Made by a program: the position numbers and the translations under genes. A DNA stretch of 48,211 nucleotides from positions 1-48,211 of the forward strand of contig JAYEKF010000013.1 of NCBI GenBank assembly GCA_034660895.1, in the 5' to 3' direction. The notes beneath the pieces were generated by a model. That model was not told the origin of the DNA, searched no databases, and worked only from the letters and a program-made list of their open reading frames with translations. Of this stretch, positions 1-8,891 are shown piece by piece; position 1 is the first letter of the stretch; every line of letters begins with the position of its first letter. The DNA is from Thermoproteota archaeon. Its GTDB lineage: Archaea; Thermoproteota; Bathyarchaeia; Bathyarchaeales; JAYEKF01.

Positions 1-1127
1 TGTACCGCCCTCTGCATGTCTAAGACGCCGTATTTTTTTCGGGTGTCCTCATCCAAAGCGTCAGTTACAGGCAGGAGACTGGTTAAAAGCCTGTGAACTG
101 CCCCTCGCACTCTTTGTCTGGATCTAAGATACTCTGAATAGTTCTTGTCTGGAAACTCAATGGATTTCAACCGTGTTGAGGAGAGGACATCTTCGTAGTA
201 GCTCGCAATTCTTTCTTTTTTTTCTTTATCTCTTAACCAACCGTCAAAAACCTGAAGAGCCTCGGCTTCCACTGCTTTACTCCATGAGGGACCTTGCTCG
301 GATGATTCTCCGCTTAAGACTGTTAAACATTTATTGAAGTTTTCTTTCACGCTGTCATCAGGTTGTAGTGAGTAGGGAGGAAAAACCATGCAGACACCTA
401 GACTTTCCGTGTTGGGAAGTGAGGGGGCCTCTAATACGGGGCCGTAGGGTTCAAGAACTTGATAAACCTTATCAACGGTTTTCAACAGAAGATCATCCGA
501 CTTTTCTCTCTTTTCGGTGAAGAAAATTAACATCTTATCTTTCAAATGTTCCAGTTTCTTCACTACCTCATCAATTGTTTTCTGCTCTTCCCCCTCCACA
601 GTGCCTTTCAGCTCGCCTAAAATGGTCTTACACAGCACTCCGCTCATAACTCGGGTGGCGGGATTCCAAATCTTTTCGAGGGGTTTCATTCTTTTCATCG
701 CGAGAGCATTGGCGAAAGCGATGTCTAGAACCGCGTCTCGATGTTGAGCTAAAATGTAAGCATTAACTCTTACATCTTCTACTAAAGATTCTGAAAACTT
801 GGCAAGACGAGGGTTCTGTTCTTTCTCCCACTCCCTGTATAATTCAAGGTTTGTTATCTCCGCATGCGCACTGAGGTGATAGACACAGGCTTTGAACAGC
901 TTGGCAACTTTCACCTTCCCCGTTGAATCTGCGGGAACTTGATACCCCAAAAACTGTATTGGTTCATCCTCCTTCATGGACGATAATGTGGGGAGTGGAA
1001 GCACGATGACAGAGCCAACTTTGTCGTAAGATAGGGTTGGCTGCTTAAGCTTCGAGTTAACCAATATTTGTGTGTTTAACTGGTCTTTCTGGAAAGCTAG
1101 AGACCAAGCATATTCTAGGTAGCCCAC
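1..1127 (-). CDS. NorD/CbbO-like partner of the adjacent CbbQ/MoxR-type ATPase (5' part only; the gene continues past the left window edge)
   Basis: Absent from the ORF track because it has no in-window stop. By hand translation, the minus-strand frame with codons starting at plus positions divisible by 3 is open from 1142 down to position 3 (VGYLEYAWSLAF...KACVYHLSAHAEITNLELYREWEKEQNPRLAKFSESLVEDVRVNAYILAQHRD...). First possible start is GTG 1127; first ATG is 977. The HLSAH...EDxRV pattern and the position just downstream of a CbbQ/NorQ-type ATPase resemble NorD/CbbO N-terminal regions. The diagnostic VWA domain would lie outside the window. Confidence 0.5.
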   Translation of the reverse strand, partial: MGYLEYAWSLAFQKDQLNTQILVNSKLKQPTLSYDKVGSVIVLPLPTLSSMKEDEPIQFLGYQVPADSTGKVKVAKLFKACVYHLSAHAEITNLELYREWEKEQNPRLAKFSESLVEDVRVNAYILAQHRDAVLDIAFANALAMKRMKPLEKIWNPATRVMSGVLCKTILGELKGTVEGEEQKTIDEVVKKLEHLKDKMLIFFTEKREKSDDLLLKTVDKVYQVLEPYGPVLEAPSLPNTESLGVCMVFPPYSLQPDDSVKENFNKCLTVLSGESSEQGPSWSKAVEAEALQVFDGWLRDKEKKERIASYYEDVLSSTRLKSIEFPDKNYSEYLRSRQRVRGAVHRLLTSLLPVTDALDEDTRKKYGVLDMQRAV

Positions 1128-1163
1128 GGGAACAACCGCGCATTACATGGATATCCAATAAGC

Positions 1164-2177
1164 TCACGTTTTTTCAAAGACAGATTTGACAACTCTCCTT
1201 ACATCCGCCTGAACTTCTGGGTTATCACTTGTTAACATAATTATTGTTTCCTCCGCAGCGTCCAAAGGGTTAAGACCGTCACTAATCAAAACCGCCCAGT
1301 GCATTAAATCTCCAAGGGAAGGCCCGTAAGGGAGATCTCCCGCTTTATACTGCCTCCGCATTTCAGCTCCCACTCGGAGAACCCGGTAAGCCATATCCGT
1401 ATCGACGCCCTTTTTGGCTATCAAATCTGCTTCTTCAGGAACAATTCTTTCTCCAACGCTGGGGTAGTCAAAATCTATCCATACGCTCATACGTCTTCTG
1501 AACGCTGCGTTCAACGGTTTAGTTCCCGCGAACTCAGCGGAGTAAGGGTTCATTGTGATAATGAGGTATCCATATTTTTGACGTTGAACGATTTCTGAAT
1601 CTTTCTCGGTTATCACCATGTGGCCCCTTGTGTCAAGAACAGGGTTTAGTCTTGTGGCGACGTCTTGTTTCATCATGTTAGCTTCGTCTAGGTACATTAA
1701 ACCTCCATTTCGAAGCCAAGAAACTAAGGGACCGTCAATCCAGTTTTCTTTACCAAGCCCTATGTATCTTCCAATGAGGTCGTAAGAGGAAGTTTGTAGA
1801 CCGCAGTTAACCTCATACATTGGCAGACCAGTAACCTCGGCAACTAGGTAAGCAATGTGTGTTTTTCCTGTTCCGGAAGGACCGATCAATGCGCACTGTT
1901 TGAAATAGTAGAGGGCTCTTATTATGCGCTTCACGTAGTTGTGGCCGCTATCAATGAAGTAAGGTGTGCCCTCAGGGATCAGCGCTTTAACTTTTTTAGG
2001 AAACTCGTAATTTGGGTGAAGGTTATATTTTTCATAATCTATATCGTACATTTCACGGAGAGGTGACTTGGACAGCGATTTCTCCTTAGTCATTTGGATT
2101 GTAACTTTAGTACCATCTCGTTGGACGGCGATAACTTCTTCATTTTCTGCGCTGTCACCTCGCACACGGAGCGACAA
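1164..2177 (-). CDS. AAA+ ATPase, CbbQ/NirQ/NorQ/GvpN (MoxR-like, AAA_5) family
   Basis: 337-aa ORF. Walker A GPSGTGKTH, Walker B LMYLDEANM, and ITMNPYSAEFAGTKPLNAAFRRRM are typical of CbbQ/NorQ-type MoxR ATPases. Confidence 0.85.
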   Translation of the reverse strand: MSLRVRGDSAENEEVIAVQRDGTKVTIQMTKEKSLSKSPLREMYDIDYEKYNLHPNYEFPKKVKALIPEGTPYFIDSGHNYVKRIIRALYYFKQCALIGPSGTGKTHIAYLVAEVTGLPMYEVNCGLQTSSYDLIGRYIGLGKENWIDGPLVSWLRNGGLMYLDEANMMKQDVATRLNPVLDTRGHMVITEKDSEIVQRQKYGYLIITMNPYSAEFAGTKPLNAAFRRRMSVWIDFDYPSVGERIVPEEADLIAKKGVDTDMAYRVLRVGAEMRRQYKAGDLPYGPSLGDLMHWAVLISDGLNPLDAAEETIIMLTSDNPEVQADVRRVVKSVFEKT

Positions 2178-2370
2178 AAGTGTTAGTCTCCATAAAGAAA
2201 GTAGTGTTTAAAATGATATAAATGTTATGTCCTACGACTTACGATATCCCATCATCCACCCCAGTTCATCATTTCATATCCAAAAGTCCACACACCCTTG
2301 TATATAGAGCTACACGACAGACTAAGCCTTTTATTCACTGTACATCCCAACTCCTAACGGCATAGAGCTC

Positions 2371-2910
2371 ATGAGCCAAGACACCATTCTTGAGGAAGAG
2401 GATACTGTGGAAAAGCTTCAAGAGGAAAAAAAAGGAGAGGAAATTAATCTCGAAGAGGCTCTCAGCTCTCTGGATAGCATACGCGAAGAAGCCGGGCAAA
2501 TTTCCGAGCTGACCATGGAACAAAAAAGACTTACCGCCGAATTCCTCCAAAACCTCTCCCAAGTTATGCGCTGTCTTTCTAAAAATCTACCAGTTTCCAC
2601 TTCCATACTACCAAGGGAATGGGGCGACATTCGCCAAGCAAACCTCGACCTCACCGGTCAACTTCTGATTTTGTACGAAGATGGAAAAATTGAATCCAAA
2701 AACTTGAGAGATGAGAAGAATCATGAGGTTCTTATCAACATCATGAGCGACATCATGCCAAAACTCCGAGAGCTTACTATGTCCCATCGCCGGAAAATCG
2801 AAAAACGCGTTCGATTCATATCATCCATCGTAAAAGAGTTTCAGAAGATAGCGAAATCATTTAGATCCAACGATAGACCATCCGTTGCAAATTCGGATAC
2901 AACGGAATAG
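2371..2910 (+). CDS. hypothetical acidic protein, probably coiled-coil
   Basis: 179-aa ORF with a Glu/Lys-rich N-terminus (EEEDTVEKLQEEKKGEEINLEE). No motif I recognise. Its frame is longer than the overlapping antisense ORFs. Confidence 0.45.
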   Translation: MSQDTILEEEDTVEKLQEEKKGEEINLEEALSSLDSIREEAGQISELTMEQKRLTAEFLQNLSQVMRCLSKNLPVSTSILPREWGDIRQANLDLTGQLLILYEDGKIESKNLRDEKNHEVLINIMSDIMPKLRELTMSHRRKIEKRVRFISSIVKEFQKIAKSFRSNDRPSVANSDTTE

Positions 2911-3125
2911 AACCAAACTCAATTAACAGTTTCATCGTCACATGCTTCCAAGTCGTGCGTAGTATATAGCTACACACAAAAACTAGAAAATTCCATAATC
3001 CAACACCTTCACATAGAGATCAGAAAATAACGTACGTTGCATTTATGAATTAATAAAGTGGGGAATCAATCATCTCATCCACGAAACCACTCGGAGTTTC
3101 TACTGCTGTCAAAATTCAAAGTATC

Positions 3126-3698
3126 GTGGGTGCTAAACTGGGAGGGGGGAAAGAATACGAGTCAGTGAATTTTGATGTAAACGTAAAACTGGAGGAAAAG
3201 GAACGAAAAACAAGGGAAAGAGAAATATACTTTGTACTTTCCGTCCAAACGAAACCCAGCGTTGCCAAATTCAAGGTTGAAGGAACCGCAATGCTAGCTG
3301 GAGCAGACCCCGAAATCGAAAAAATGTTGGAGACGGACCCCGAAACCAAGATTCCCAGAATACTGCATAAAATATATCAACATGTTTTCACCGCTCTCTT
3401 CCTATCTGCCTCTATTATTCAAACACCTCATCCACCACCTAACCTCCTATTTTCCGCGGAACAAAACAAACCAGCCTCACCTACCTTGGAGCCCACGGTG
3501 GAGGTTGAAACGCCAACAACACCCGTGCAAGCGGAAACCAGCCCCACTGTACAAAATGAAAAAACTGCAGAGACGGTAACAACACCGGAAGCGGAGAGCC
3601 AATCTCAACAAAACGAGCAGAAGCCACGTCTGACCGCGCTGGAACACTCAAAAGCAACAACCGCAAATGAAACAACATCACCAAAAGCTGAAACTTAA
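3126..3698 (+). CDS. hypothetical protein with a Pro/Thr/Glu/Gln-rich low-complexity C-terminal tail
   Basis: 190-aa ORF with a GTG start. A ~100-aa globular N-terminal part is followed by PTLEPTVEVETPTTPVQAETSPTVQNEKTAETVTTPEAESQSQQNEQ. An in-frame stop at 3054 excludes a longer N-terminus. Confidence 0.45.
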   Translation: MGAKLGGGKEYESVNFDVNVKLEEKERKTREREIYFVLSVQTKPSVAKFKVEGTAMLAGADPEIEKMLETDPETKIPRILHKIYQHVFTALFLSASIIQTPHPPPNLLFSAEQNKPASPTLEPTVEVETPTTPVQAETSPTVQNEKTAETVTTPEAESQSQQNEQKPRLTALEHSKATTANETTSPKAET

Positions 3699-3798
3699 AT
3701 CACTACTACTTGGTCTTGCATCCTAGTTTTAGCTCTCTTCCGAACTTTTTATTTAGAGATGTTCAGTTCTTCTTCAACTTTGTTGCAGGTTCAAATAC

Positions 3799-4656
3799 TT
3801 AAGTGAAGTCTTCTAATCCGCACTGTTTTCCCTCTGCAGGTTCTTGCGTTTGAACTTTCTCAGCCACTGTTATGCGCATTCCGTCCATAGCCGCCGTTGT
3901 GGGGACACCCGTTTCTTGTTGGATAAGTTTCGCCTGTTTTGCTGGGGATCCTTTGAAGATCATTTGGATCCCAAAATGGGTGATGATCACTCTTTCGGGT
4001 TCTGCTTCCCTTACGATTTTTATGGCATCGTTGGTTGTCATGTGCCCCTTCCAAGGTTTTCCAGCAGGTCTCATGACGCATAATATGAGAAGCCTAACAC
4101 CTCGGTAACGTTTTCCTATTCCTTCAAAGTATTCTGTGTCGCTGGTGTAGGCGATATCTCCTACATCGGGGGTTTCGAATCGGAAGCCAACGGTGTCCGG
4201 GTCGGTGTGTTTTGCTTCGGTGGTAACTACTTTTATGTTGCCTATTTGGAATATAATGCCTGGTTTGGCTTCGATTAGTTGGTTTGGCATTTTTTGGTGG
4301 TATTGCGAGATAGCGGGACCACAGGTTTCATTGCCTTTTAGCACGCTGGTTGATGCGGCTAGGATTCCCCGTTTCTTGATAGTTCCTTGCGTCATAGCTT
4401 CAATTAGTATTTCAGCGTCGTTGTAATGGTCTAGGTGGCAATGTGAGACAAGTATAGCATTGATTTTTTGCGGGTTTAACCCTGCGTTGACGGAGTGTAT
4501 GAGCGCTCCTGGGCCTGGGTCTAGGTGTATGTTGGCGTCCTTGTTGAGTATGCGAATTCCGGCGGTTTTTCTTTTTTGGGTGATTGTGGTGAATCTTCCG
4601 CCTCCGGTTCCGAGGAATATGAGTTGGAGTGGAAACATGGGTTTTCTCTTCTTCAT
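3799..4656 (-). CDS. MBL-fold metallo-hydrolase
   Basis: 285 aa with LIFLGTGGG near the N-terminus and an HCHLDHYND (HxHxDH) zinc-binding motif. Confidence 0.8.
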   Translation of the reverse strand: MKKRKPMFPLQLIFLGTGGGRFTTITQKRKTAGIRILNKDANIHLDPGPGALIHSVNAGLNPQKINAILVSHCHLDHYNDAEILIEAMTQGTIKKRGILAASTSVLKGNETCGPAISQYHQKMPNQLIEAKPGIIFQIGNIKVVTTEAKHTDPDTVGFRFETPDVGDIAYTSDTEYFEGIGKRYRGVRLLILCVMRPAGKPWKGHMTTNDAIKIVREAEPERVIITHFGIQMIFKGSPAKQAKLIQQETGVPTTAAMDGMRITVAEKVQTQEPAEGKQCGLEDFT

Positions 4657-4806
4657 CGGTGAGTATGAGGGTTGGTTGGATTTTTGTTTTCTGTTTTGGC
4701 TACGCAGGAGTGCGTATGCGGAGAGACGGAGACGGATAGAACCGCGTCTAGAGGGGTGGTTTTATTTTGTTGTAAAGATGAATTATGGTAGAGTGAGGTT
4801 GCAGGG

Positions 4807-5481
4807 TTGAAGTTGGTTGTTCGTGTTGGTGGTTCGGTGGTGGCTTCCCCAGTTGACCCGGTTAGGATAGAGCAGTTTGTAAGTGTGTTAAAGGAGTTGA
4901 AGAAGCAGGGTCATAGGGTGGTGGCGGTTGTGGGTGGTGGCGGTTTAGCCAGGGATTTCATTGAGATTGGGCGACGGTTGGGTTTAGATGAGGCTACTCA
5001 AGATGAGGCTGCAATTTTGGTTTCTAGGCTTTTGGCCGAGTTGTTTGTAAAAAAGTTGGGTGATTTTGGCTGTGGGTTTGTCCCAATTTCCATCGAGGAT
5101 GCTACGAATTGTTTGCAGAAAAATAAAGTGGTGGTGATGGGCGGTTTGAAGCCTGGCATGACTACGGATACTGTGGCGGCGATGGTTGCTGAGCGTGTTA
5201 ACGCGGGTTTGTTGGTGAAAGCAACAGATCAAGAAGGCATTTACACTAAGGATCCGAAGAAGCATGAGGACGCAGAGAAAATTGATCGTTTGAGTTTTGA
5301 TGATTTGTTTAGATTGTTTGGGGAGGAGGGGCATAAAGTTGGGGTTCATCAGGTTCTTGATTCTGAGGCTGTGAAGATTCTTCGGAGAAGTGGAGTTAAG
5401 GTGGTTGTTGTGAGTGGTTTTAGACCTGAGAATGTTTTGTTGGCTGTCAGAGGTGTAAGGGTTGGTACTTTGGTTGAGTAG
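4807..5481 (+). CDS. pyrH: UMP kinase (archaeal type)
   Basis: 224 aa with a TTG start. Motifs: KLVVRVGGSV, VVAVVGGGGLARDFIE, GGLKPGMTTDTVAAMVAE, KATDQEGIYTKDPKK. Confidence 0.9.
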   Translation: MKLVVRVGGSVVASPVDPVRIEQFVSVLKELKKQGHRVVAVVGGGGLARDFIEIGRRLGLDEATQDEAAILVSRLLAELFVKKLGDFGCGFVPISIEDATNCLQKNKVVVMGGLKPGMTTDTVAAMVAERVNAGLLVKATDQEGIYTKDPKKHEDAEKIDRLSFDDLFRLFGEEGHKVGVHQVLDSEAVKILRRSGVKVVVVSGFRPENVLLAVRGVRVGTLVE

Positions 5482-5498
5482 TGTTTGTGTGTCTAGTC

Positions 5499-5529
5499 TC
5501 CGGAGGGCGAGGGAACCGCCCTATCCGGA
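5499..5529 (+). other. GC-rich bulged hairpin 18 nt downstream of the pyrH stop
   Basis: TCCGGAGGGCG-AGGGAAC-CGCCC-TA-TCCGGA: 11 paired positions, a 2-nt bulge and a 7-nt loop. Read directly from the sequence. Confidence 0.4.
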
Positions 5530-5737
5530 TTGTCATTCTCTAAATTCCTGTGGAAATCAAACTAAACACGCCGTTCCACTACTAAAAAGTAGTCATAGTA
5601 AAAGTCACAGCAGTTAAAGTCGCATTAACCTCGTTCTTCGCCCTTTTCTCTATTCTTAAACATACACGAAGAACCAGTTTTGGCACGTGACAAAAGTTTT
5701 TATAATTTCATAAAAGTAAAAGCCATTTTGGGTAGGT

Positions 5738-6169
5738 GTGATGATTAAAAAAATTGGTTGCATAGAAATTCCAGTGTCAGACATGGAGAAGGCTGTTGCC
5801 TTTTACGAGGGGGTGTTGGGACTTAAGAAAACTTATGAACATCCTGTATGGACGTCTTTCGATGTCGGAGGGGTAACGTTTGCTCTTGCGGCTAGTGGAA
5901 CAAAGAAGAGCAAAAAGGGCGCAAAAGTATGTACGAGCTGTTCATTATGTGTGCTTAGATTTGCAGCTGGTAAGATGAAGCAAGAAAAAGAGGCGCCTAC
6001 CGCAACTTCTGTCATCTATTTTGAGGTTGAAAATCTCGATGAGGTCTACAAAAAGTTAAAAGAACAAGGCGTAAGGTTCATCACGGAACCAAAAGAGCAA
6101 GGTTGGGGCGGTAGAACAGCCGTGATGCTTGACCCTGATAATAACATACTTGTTCTCTCCGGAGTCTGA
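5738..6169 (+). CDS. VOC (glyoxalase/bleomycin-resistance/dioxygenase) family protein
   Basis: 143 aa. N-terminal IGCIEIPVSDMEKAVAFYEGVLGL and C-terminal VIYFEVENLDEVYKKLKEQGVRF...AVMLDPDNNILVL fit the paired beta-alpha-beta-beta-beta VOC fold. It carries a Lys/Cys-rich internal insert. Confidence 0.7.
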   Translation: MMIKKIGCIEIPVSDMEKAVAFYEGVLGLKKTYEHPVWTSFDVGGVTFALAASGTKKSKKGAKVCTSCSLCVLRFAAGKMKQEKEAPTATSVIYFEVENLDEVYKKLKEQGVRFITEPKEQGWGGRTAVMLDPDNNILVLSGV

Positions 6170-6359
6170 ATTAAAATGTGTTAAGGTCGGCCTCCAAAAA
6201 CTGTAGCCACTCTTTTTTTGTTTTAGGGACGTCACCACATTTCTTCAATAAGTACGTTTCCGACGAGGACTACACCGATTAACGCTAGGGAGAATCCGAT
6301 GTTTAAGTAGAATAACAAGTACGGGTAACGAATGTTCTTGGTGCAGTTGGTTATATCTC

Positions 6360-6938
6360 TTAACTTTGAGAAATTTCTGTCACCTTGTCGGGAAGGACTT
6401 CGCGAATAAGTTCATTACACAAATCAAACTCTTTTCGACTGAGAATGAACACACATGTTTCCGTTGCCGTAACAAGCTCGACTGTGTAACTATAACTGGG
6501 CAGTGGAGGAAGCAAATAGCCAGGACCGGCATAACGTTCAATCCGCTTGTTTCCGATCCTCACGATACTCGAATAAAAAATCTCAAAATTTTCCTTATTC
6601 ATTGCCAAAATTTGGTGAGGAGCAAGCTTCTTGAGCCTAGCTAGGCTTCTGCGTCCTATGACAAAGCTGATCAGGCCGAACAAAAAAGCAACACCGATTC
6701 CCGCGGACAAGCCAGCAAGGAACAAAAATAAATGTCTTAAGAACAAGCCGATAAGACCGATAATCATTCCAGCCGCCGCTGGAATCGCAATCCAAACGGT
6801 CTGGCGCGTAATCACCGCAACAACAACACGGTCGCCGGTGAAGAACAACACACACGGTTTCTCATGTCCTCCACCCAGTAATTGACGGGCGTCAAACACA
6901 CCTGCAACTTTTTCTTGCGTCAACTTATTTGCCAACAT
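6360..6938 (-). CDS. hypothetical membrane protein
   Basis: 192 aa with two adjacent hydrophobic helices (WIAIPAAAGMIIGLIGLFL / LAGLSAGIGVAFLFGLISFVIG) flanked by soluble segments. Confidence 0.5.
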   Translation of the reverse strand: MLANKLTQEKVAGVFDARQLLGGGHEKPCVLFFTGDRVVVAVITRQTVWIAIPAAAGMIIGLIGLFLRHLFLFLAGLSAGIGVAFLFGLISFVIGRRSLARLKKLAPHQILAMNKENFEIFYSSIVRIGNKRIERYAGPGYLLPPLPSYSYTVELVTATETCVFILSRKEFDLCNELIREVLPDKVTEISQS

Positions 6939-7049
6939 AAATTAATGATGGAACAGAATATAGATTTTTGTCAAACAATACTTTAGCGACAGAATTCACT
7001 AGGAAATTTATTATTAACCGTTTATTGTGTTTATGGTTGGTGTTATGCC

Positions 7050-8084
7050 ATGGGCGTTAACCTGAGAGATTTAGTTCCCAAAACCACGGTTGACCTGCAA
7101 AATCTCAGCGGTAAGTCCATCGCCATCGACGCCTACAACGCCCTGTATCAGTTTCTTGCAATTATTCGTCAACCGGATGGCACGCCCCTTAAAGATCACA
7201 CTGGTCGTGTAACAAGCCATCTAAGCGGATTACTTTACCGCACAGCTAATCTTGTGGAGATGGGTGTGAAAGTTGTCTATGTTTTCGACGGTATCCCACC
7301 CGCCCTCAAAGAAGTGGAAATCAAGCGTCGAGCCAAACTGAAAAAGGAAGCCGTCATCAAGTACGAACGAGCTGTAAAGGAAGGAAAAATCGAAGAAGCC
7401 CGCACCTACGCTCAAGCCACAAGCCGCCTAAAAAACTACATGGCTGAAGACTCCAAACGCCTCCTCAAATTGATGGGCGTCCCATGGGTGCAGGCGCCAA
7501 GCGAAGGAGAAGCACAAGCCGCCTACCTCGCCAAGAAAGGCGACACAAACTATTGCGCGAGCCAAGACTACGATAGCCTACTATTCGGAGCACCACTGCT
7601 CGCACGAAACGTAACCATTTCGGGAAGAAGAAAGCTTCCAAGAAAACAAGTCTACATCGAAGTCACCCCTGAAATAGTTAATCTCCAAAACGTCCTTGAA
7701 GAGCTAGGTATCACTCACCAACAACTCGTCGATATCGGAATCCTCGTCGGCACCGACTACAACCCAGACGGCGTTAAAGGCGTTGGACCGAAAACAGCTC
7801 TTAAACTCATCAAAGAACATGGAAGCCTCGAAAAAGTTTTACCTCACCTCAAAGAAGCTAAGTTTCCCGTCGACCCACAAAGAATACGAGACATCTTTCT
7901 CCATCCAAAGGTTACGGACAACTACCGGCTTCCGTGGCGAGAACCTGACGTGGAGGGTGTTGTCGGCTTCCTCTGTGGAGAACGAGACTTCTCCGAAGAC
8001 CGGGTGAGAAAAGCCCTTCAGAAAATGATGAAAGGACTACGAGAGGAAAGGGAAAAAACCACACTCGAAAAATGGTTCAGCTAA
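7050..8084 (+). CDS. fen: flap endonuclease 1
   Basis: 344 aa. MGVNLRDLVP...IAIDAYNALYQFL, VYVFDGIPPALK, VQAPSEGEAQAAYL, GTDYNPDGVKGVGPKTALKLI. Confidence 0.95.
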   Translation: MGVNLRDLVPKTTVDLQNLSGKSIAIDAYNALYQFLAIIRQPDGTPLKDHTGRVTSHLSGLLYRTANLVEMGVKVVYVFDGIPPALKEVEIKRRAKLKKEAVIKYERAVKEGKIEEARTYAQATSRLKNYMAEDSKRLLKLMGVPWVQAPSEGEAQAAYLAKKGDTNYCASQDYDSLLFGAPLLARNVTISGRRKLPRKQVYIEVTPEIVNLQNVLEELGITHQQLVDIGILVGTDYNPDGVKGVGPKTALKLIKEHGSLEKVLPHLKEAKFPVDPQRIRDIFLHPKVTDNYRLPWREPDVEGVVGFLCGERDFSEDRVRKALQKMMKGLREEREKTTLEKWFS

Positions 8085-8093
8085 ACTGTACGG

Positions 8094-8802
8094 CTATACT
8101 CGATGCCCATACTTTCCAGTCAATGGTACAAACGCCACTCCACCCAAATTCTCCTGACTAATTTTCCCACTCTCCCCCTTCCTCACCCGCACCAGACTTT
8201 GAAAAAAGTAGCTTCCACCCACCGGAATAACCAAAACCCCGCCTTTTTTCAGTTGCTCTATCAAAGGCTTAGGAACCTCAGGAGCCGCAGCAGTCACAAG
8301 AATCCGGTCAAAAGGGGCTTCCTCCACATAGCCCATTGAACCGTCTCCGCAAATCACAGTCACACGGTCTTCGAAACCCGCCTGAGCAATGTTTTCCCTA
8401 GCCCGCTCCGCCAACCTAGAAACAATTTCCACTGTGTGCACGTGACCCCACTTCATTCTAGGCACGTCGGTAGGCGCCACAATCTCCGCCACCGTGCAAG
8501 CGTGCCAACCTGAACCTGCTCCTACTTCTAAAACGCGATGTCCCACCTCCAATTCTAAGGCTTCATTCATGATTGAAACCATGTTTCGCCCGGCTAGTCG
8601 CTTTGGATTAGCCGTGAGGCGCAGAAACTGTTTGTCCATAGCCTATTGGAAGCGGGGAATCCACTGTTGCATAAGACTTCGCGTGTTTCGGAACAAACAG
8701 GTCGCGGCGAACCAAACGCATACCCCGAATCACACTGGGAGAACGAAGAATTCCCCCACGGACTAGTCTGTCAACTAAACGTTTCCAAGCCTGTTCATTC
8801 AC
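8094..8802 (-). CDS. pcm: protein-L-isoaspartate O-methyltransferase; reading frame interrupted by a 31-nt insert (about 8584-8615)
   Basis: Two track ORFs in different frames. 8608..8802 ends ...PLPIGYGQTVSAPHG*. 8094..8639 continues ...MVSIMNEALELEVGHRVLEVGAGSGW...VTAAAPEVPKPLIEQLKKGGVLVIPVG. The conserved PIMT block GQT(V/I)SAPHMVAIM is cut exactly between SAPH and MV. Removing 31 nt gives one 225-codon ORF. Confidence 0.85.
8584..8615 (-). other. candidate bulge-helix-bulge (BHB) intron inside pcm
   Basis: Minus-strand RNA reads CUG-CGCC-UCA-CGGCUA-AUCCAAAGCGAC-UAGCCG-GGCG-AAA-CAUGG. This is a 4-bp central helix CGCC/GGCG flanked by the 3-nt bulges UCA and AAA, with a 6-bp inner helix CGGCUA/UAGCCG. 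Cleavage after bulge nt 2 (or 3) removes 31 nt and gives GCG CCU CAC AUG GUU = APHMV. Confidence 0.45.
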
Positions 8803-8891
8803 CCCATTTACCTCAACAAAATACTATAAACTTGGCAGTTTAAGAGTTTACAGCCGAACATGGAGAAGGGAGAGGGGAAGGAGAAAGGAGA

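Noticed and set aside
1164-2177. The AAA+ ATPase as GvpN of a gas-vesicle cluster
   Set aside because: No gvpA/gvpF-like genes are nearby. The downstream partner looks NorD/CbbO-like instead.
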